Below are positions 51,148 to 54,954 of a stretch of 54,954 bases of DNA, piece after piece. The stretch lies in the NCBI GenBank assembly GCA_947382865.1, contig CANDBF010000004.1, positions 1-54,954 on the forward strand, given 5' to 3'. Position 1 is the stretch's first letter, and each line of letters begins with the position of its first letter. Origin of the DNA: an uncultured Clostridia bacterium. Lineage in GTDB: Bacteria; Bacillota; Clostridia; Christensenellales; CAG-917. Both the position numbers and the translations under genes were made by a program. The notes under the pieces were generated by a model. It was not told the origin of the DNA, did no database searches, and was given only the letters and a program-made list of their open reading frames with translations.

Positions 51148-51612
51148 TTACTTATATATGAAATTCTTATCATTTAAGAGGCTTTCTCGGTATCTTCTTA
51201 TATAAAACTTTGCCATATTCAGGTTCTGTTCCAGATAATTGCCGCATTCCTCCGCGCTCGCGCCCGGAATTTCACCTTCGAAGTCCATTATAAAATCGCA
51301 AAGTTCCAGCACTAAATCATATATATTATCGGGTTGAAGTTCACCGAACATAACAAGATAACAACCCGTCCGACAGCCCATAGGTCCGAAGTATATTATT
51401 TCGTCCTTTCTCGAATGATTGCGAAGAAACGTCGCCGCAAGATGCTCTATCGTATGCAACGCAGGCATATCTATCACAGGCTCGCGGTTGGGACACGTCA
51501 TACGCATATCGAACGTAGTGACAGCGCAACCGTTAAAGCTGTCTCTTCTAGACACATAAAGACCTTTTTCAAGGCTAAGATGATTCACTTTGAAGCTCTC
51601 GATTTTTTCCAT
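51148..51612 (-). CDS. luxS: S-ribosylhomocysteine lyase
   Basis: SFKVNH, TFDMR..PN, LHTIEH, FGPMGCRTG, CGNY. Confidence 0.96.
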   Translation of the reverse strand: MEKIESFKVNHLSLEKGLYVSRRDSFNGCAVTTFDMRMTCPNREPVIDMPALHTIEHLAATFLRNHSRKDEIIYFGPMGCRTGCYLVMFGELQPDNIYDLVLELCDFIMDFEGEIPGASAEECGNYLEQNLNMAKFYIRRYRESLLNDKNFIYK

Positions 51613-51710
51613 ATATTCACCCGTTCGGCAAATGCAGCGAATTTAGTTAAACTATGTTCATTGCCGACCGTTAAAATCAAAATCGCCCGCTTGCGCGGGC
51701 GAATTGTCTC

Positions 51711-52421
51711 TTATTGGTCATCGCAACGCTCGATTTTCAAAATATACGGATTGCGAATCATAATCTCATTCAAAAGCTGAGATGAATATTCCTTATCGGT
51801 ATTGAGCATAGCGCGGTAAAGCGTATTGTCATTCTGCCGTTCTATGGTCAGACTGTTGAAATTCTGCACTCCGAACAACTGTTTTACCTTCACGCTCTCG
51901 TCCGTCGTATTGATGAAACTTATTTTTATCTGATAATACTTCTTGGTGCGGAAAAGTTTGCAGTTCAAGTGGAACAGACACTGTATAACAATCAATATCA
52001 AAGCTCCGCCCGTGGCAAATATGTACATCTCCGCGCCGCACGCCATACCTATGCCCGCCGTCGCCCATACGCCTGCGGCGGTCGTCAGACCGTGCATCTT
52101 CTGTCCGCGGAACATAATGATACCGGCGCCCAAAAAGCCTACGCCCGATACTATCTGCGAAGCTACGCGCGATACGTCCGCGTCCTGCCCTTGAAAGCCG
52201 TACTTGCTTACGACCATCATAAGCGCCGCGCCTACGCAAACAATCGTATGCGTACGTATTCCCGCTTCCTTAAATCGTAATTTGCGCTCGAAGCCTATGG
52301 CAAAGCCAAGCACCACAGCCAAAAGCACACCGATTAATCCTTTGAGCTCGGTGCTAACTATGCCGTCCGTGTTGTAAAACTGCGCGGCGCAAATTATACT
52401 GTCAAGTCCAAAACCTAGCAT
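51711..52421 (-). CDS. MgtC/SapB family membrane protein
   Basis: IGFER...AGIRTH, DVSRVASQIVSGVGFLGAG, GLTTAAGVW. Confidence 0.93.
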   Translation of the reverse strand: MLGFGLDSIICAAQFYNTDGIVSTELKGLIGVLLAVVLGFAIGFERKLRFKEAGIRTHTIVCVGAALMMVVSKYGFQGQDADVSRVASQIVSGVGFLGAGIIMFRGQKMHGLTTAAGVWATAGIGMACGAEMYIFATGGALILIVIQCLFHLNCKLFRTKKYYQIKISFINTTDESVKVKQLFGVQNFNSLTIERQNDNTLYRAMLNTDKEYSSQLLNEIMIRNPYILKIERCDDQ

Positions 52422-52583
52422 ATTTTCCTCCCTATTCTTTTACCATAGTTTATGATTAAAGTCAATAGGCATTACAATTATATTTACTATATAACTCTAC
52501 GAAACAAATCCCAGTCATACAAAACGCCTCTTTATATAGTTATTATCGTATGTTAAACGGCACAAAAATCACACTCGGCGTTG

Positions 52584-53669
52584 TTAAGACGAAGCCGTGC
52601 AATACCACAGCGTAAGATATAGTTCATATCCGTCGGGGTCGGGGATTTCTATCTCGACGGAACCGTCGTAATCCTCCAAACGCACAAGCCACAGTGTTTC
52701 GCCTCCCTGCGCTATCAGTTCCTCATCCCACTTCGGCACAGACGAGGTATTGACGGCGTTTTTATTCAAGCATACGTATGCCAGAGATCTTTTGTTCACC
52801 GCGGGACTGACGGTATATCTGCCCGCTCTGATATCCGTACCTACCTTATACTGACCTGCGAGCAACTCACCGTTTTCGCTTTTGCGCGGCTCGGGCGCGT
52901 CGCCCGATTTATAAAGCCTGCCTCCGATAAAAGAAAGGTATTCTCCGTCGTGAACTTTAAGATAAACTCTGTTTTCGCAATAGCCGAAAGACAGCATCTC
53001 GGGCGCGTTCAGAGCGGCTGTGCCGTACAAAGCCGCCTCGGGTTTGCTCGTTATAAAATACTGAGTTTGCTTATTGTCGCCGACTACGACGTATTCGCCC
53101 GCCGCTATATCCTTGCCTACTTTGAGCTGTGCGGATGAAAAACCTTTTTCGTCGATCTCTCCCAAATCTGCTTTTTCGGGCAGATACATCAAAGCGTGCT
53201 CGAAAGCTATGTACTCTCCCTCGTTAAGATTTACGTATTGGCGCATAAAAAACTCTTTGCGATACAAAAGCTCGGAAGTATCCACCGCGGCTTCGCGCGT
53301 TTTACGCACTTCGAGGACGGGGGTCACGTCTCCCGCATTCTTCCCGACGTTCGGATACAAAACGTACTCGCCCGCAGGAATATCCTCTCCCACCAGATAA
53401 ACTCCGTCCGACTTAAACGCGCGAGGGTCTACGTCTTTTTTGCCTACCGTAAACACTATTATAACAGCGACGACGATAATCAGCGCCGCGACAACTCCGA
53501 ATATCCCTAGCGCCTTATAATTTACGTTGCGGCGCTCAACCTTTATCCTTGCTTTTTTGCGAGGGACGGTTACGGCAGTTCCGCAATACTCGCAAACCAC
53601 CGTATCGCTGTCATGAGATACGGTAAAAGTCGCTCCGCAGTTGGGACATTGCAATTTTACAAGTTTCAT
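52584..53669 (-). CDS. Zinc-ribbon + TM + triple G-x-Y-x-VG-x-DI-x-x-G-x-Y repeat protein, paralogue B
   Basis: CPNCG..CEYCG, one TM, repeats GVYLVGEDIPAGEY / QLKVGKDIAAGEY / GQYKVGTDIRAGRY. Confidence 0.75.
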   Translation of the reverse strand: MKLVKLQCPNCGATFTVSHDSDTVVCEYCGTAVTVPRKKARIKVERRNVNYKALGIFGVVAALIIVVAVIIVFTVGKKDVDPRAFKSDGVYLVGEDIPAGEYVLYPNVGKNAGDVTPVLEVRKTREAAVDTSELLYRKEFFMRQYVNLNEGEYIAFEHALMYLPEKADLGEIDEKGFSSAQLKVGKDIAAGEYVVVGDNKQTQYFITSKPEAALYGTAALNAPEMLSFGYCENRVYLKVHDGEYLSFIGGRLYKSGDAPEPRKSENGELLAGQYKVGTDIRAGRYTVSPAVNKRSLAYVCLNKNAVNTSSVPKWDEELIAQGGETLWLVRLEDYDGSVEIEIPDPDGYELYLTLWYCTASS

Positions 53670-54703
53670 TGCTCACCGTCCTGCGCAACAAGAGTTATCA
53701 TAAACGTATATATATAATCGCCGTCTTTGAGGTCAAGATATCCGCTCATAGTGCTAGGGCTTAGCTCTTCGTCCTCGCCGAAAAAAGCAAATCCGTCTTT
53801 GTTCAGGACATAGCGCGCCACCATACTCGCGTTGCCCGTATCTAGACGGTATCTGCCCGCAGGAATATCCAGCCCCACTTTATACTGTCCCGACGGATAT
53901 TTGCCGTCCTCCGCTTCGGGCAGCGGCACGGTGCTCTCGGAATACAGCTTGCCGAAAGTCAGATAGACGTAATCCCCCTCGCCTATGTTTAGATGAGTGC
54001 GCATTCCAACCCTCTTTTTATATTCCGTTCCTCCTATTACGCAGGTTATGTCCGAATAACGCAAATTGTCGTTATCGTTGCAAAGCACGTAATTTCCCGC
54101 CGGAATATCCGTACCGCCGCGCAGCATAAGATTTCCCTCGAAGCTGCCGTCAGCCATCGCTTCGACGGTCTTATCTCCCACGCGGAACACGTTGCAATCC
54201 ACCGCCTTTACGTAAGTCCCTCTCGACGCCTTAAAATATGTATTGTTTGCGAAATTGTATTCTTCTAGACACGCCGAAGTGCCCGCGCTCGCGTTCGGGT
54301 CGGTCAGTATCAAAATCCTGCCTCTCTGCTTGGAAGGATCCTTAAAAGCGACGAATTCGCCCTCGTCCATATCCTCTCCGACAAGGTACGTGCCCTCGTA
54401 CAAATACGCCTTAGGATGTCTGAATTCATCGGCTATCGGCGCGTCCGACTTGCCAAAAACGCCGGAAAAATACAGAGCAAGAATGACTATCGCCGCCGCA
54501 AGCGCCGCTACGAGCGATACCGCCAGTATTATCTTTGCAGGCGTAATCTTTAAGTTGCCGAAATAATGGTGAACCTCCGTCGGCGCCGCCGCGTCGGTAT
54601 TATAATAAACCGCGCCGCAATATTCGCATACGCCGCTCTCGGCTTTGGCGTCGATAACAAGATTCGCGCCGCAATTCTCGCATTTGTAATGGCACTTTTT
54701 CAT
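53666..54703 (-). CDS. Zinc-ribbon + TM + triple repeat protein, paralogue A
   Basis: CENCG..CEYCG, one TM, repeats GTYLVGEDMDEGEF / MLRGGTDIPAGNY / GQYKVGLDIPAGRY; 4-bp overlap with paralogue B. Confidence 0.75.
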   Translation of the reverse strand: MKKCHYKCENCGANLVIDAKAESGVCEYCGAVYYNTDAAAPTEVHHYFGNLKITPAKIILAVSLVAALAAAIVILALYFSGVFGKSDAPIADEFRHPKAYLYEGTYLVGEDMDEGEFVAFKDPSKQRGRILILTDPNASAGTSACLEEYNFANNTYFKASRGTYVKAVDCNVFRVGDKTVEAMADGSFEGNLMLRGGTDIPAGNYVLCNDNDNLRYSDITCVIGGTEYKKRVGMRTHLNIGEGDYVYLTFGKLYSESTVPLPEAEDGKYPSGQYKVGLDIPAGRYRLDTGNASMVARYVLNKDGFAFFGEDEELSPSTMSGYLDLKDGDYIYTFMITLVAQDGEQ

Positions 54704-54767
54704 ATTTTTATCTTACTACTTTCGCTCCGCAATGTCAAAAGTTTGAAGAAAGCGGAATGATATTATG

Positions 54768-54891
54768 AGTTTACAACGAACTTATAAATCGATAGCAAAA
54801 AATCTTTTGCGCGGCGAACGAGAAAATGCGCTAAAAAAGTCGCCGCACTTTTCGTTTGAAAAATGCGCACCCGTAAGTGCGCATTTTCGAG
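54768..54891 (-). repeat. tRNA 3' trailer element, copy 2
   Basis: Homologous to 40020-40142; hairpin AAAATGCGCAC/GTGCGCATTTT next to the CCA end. Confidence 0.75.
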
Positions 54892-54954
54892 TGGTGCATC
54901 CTCAGGGACTCGAACCCTGGACCCACTGATTAAGAGTCAGTTGCTCTACCAACT
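54892..54954 (-). tRNA. tRNA-Lys (anticodon CTT), 5' end beyond the window
   Basis: Minus strand ..AGTTGGTAGAGCAACTGACT-CTT-AATCAGTGGGTCCAGGGTTCGAGTCCCTGAGGATGCACCA. Confidence 0.94.

Noticed and set aside
39300-54954. Prophage or integrative island between tRNA-Glu and tRNA-Lys
   Set aside because: No integrase, transposase or phage gene, no duplicated tRNA 3' end (att site), and core-like genes such as luxS lie within it.

Overview
A ~55 kb chromosomal segment from a Firmicute. Gene content and order suggest an uncultured gut Clostridia lineage (inference). It starts inside a structured repeat and ends inside a tRNA-Lys, so both ends may be contig breaks. The first ~39 kb is mostly housekeeping: pfkA, dnaE, whiA, a PHP protein, murB, uvrC, a heterodimeric ABC exporter, clpB with a CIRCE operator, an RlmI-like methyltransferase, thrS, pnuC with a riboswitch-like leader, a GH2 beta-galactosidase, the dnaG-rpoD-trmK-nif3-Zn-ribbon operon, comEC, a GlpA-like oxidoreductase trio, ppa and an M20 peptidase. 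The most notable feature is at 45.2-47.6 kb. Two divergent paralogues with SipW-type (TasA/CalY-like) signal peptides lie tail-to-tail, and their 5' ends form a perfect 196-bp inverted repeat (45254-45449 / 47310-47505). Only one side has a consensus sigma-A promoter, and it lies outside the repeat. This is the layout of an invertible expressed/silent cassette for switching a surface-fibre subunit; no recombinase is encoded nearby. Next to it are a membrane-anchored third family member, a degenerate EAL protein with EAGR-like aromatic/Gly repeats, and luxS. Other non-coding signals are a stop-codon-abutting hairpin repeat, a ~125-bp trailer shared by two different tRNA genes, and a structured 0.7-kb intergenic region. 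All calls were made by eye, with no database searches.
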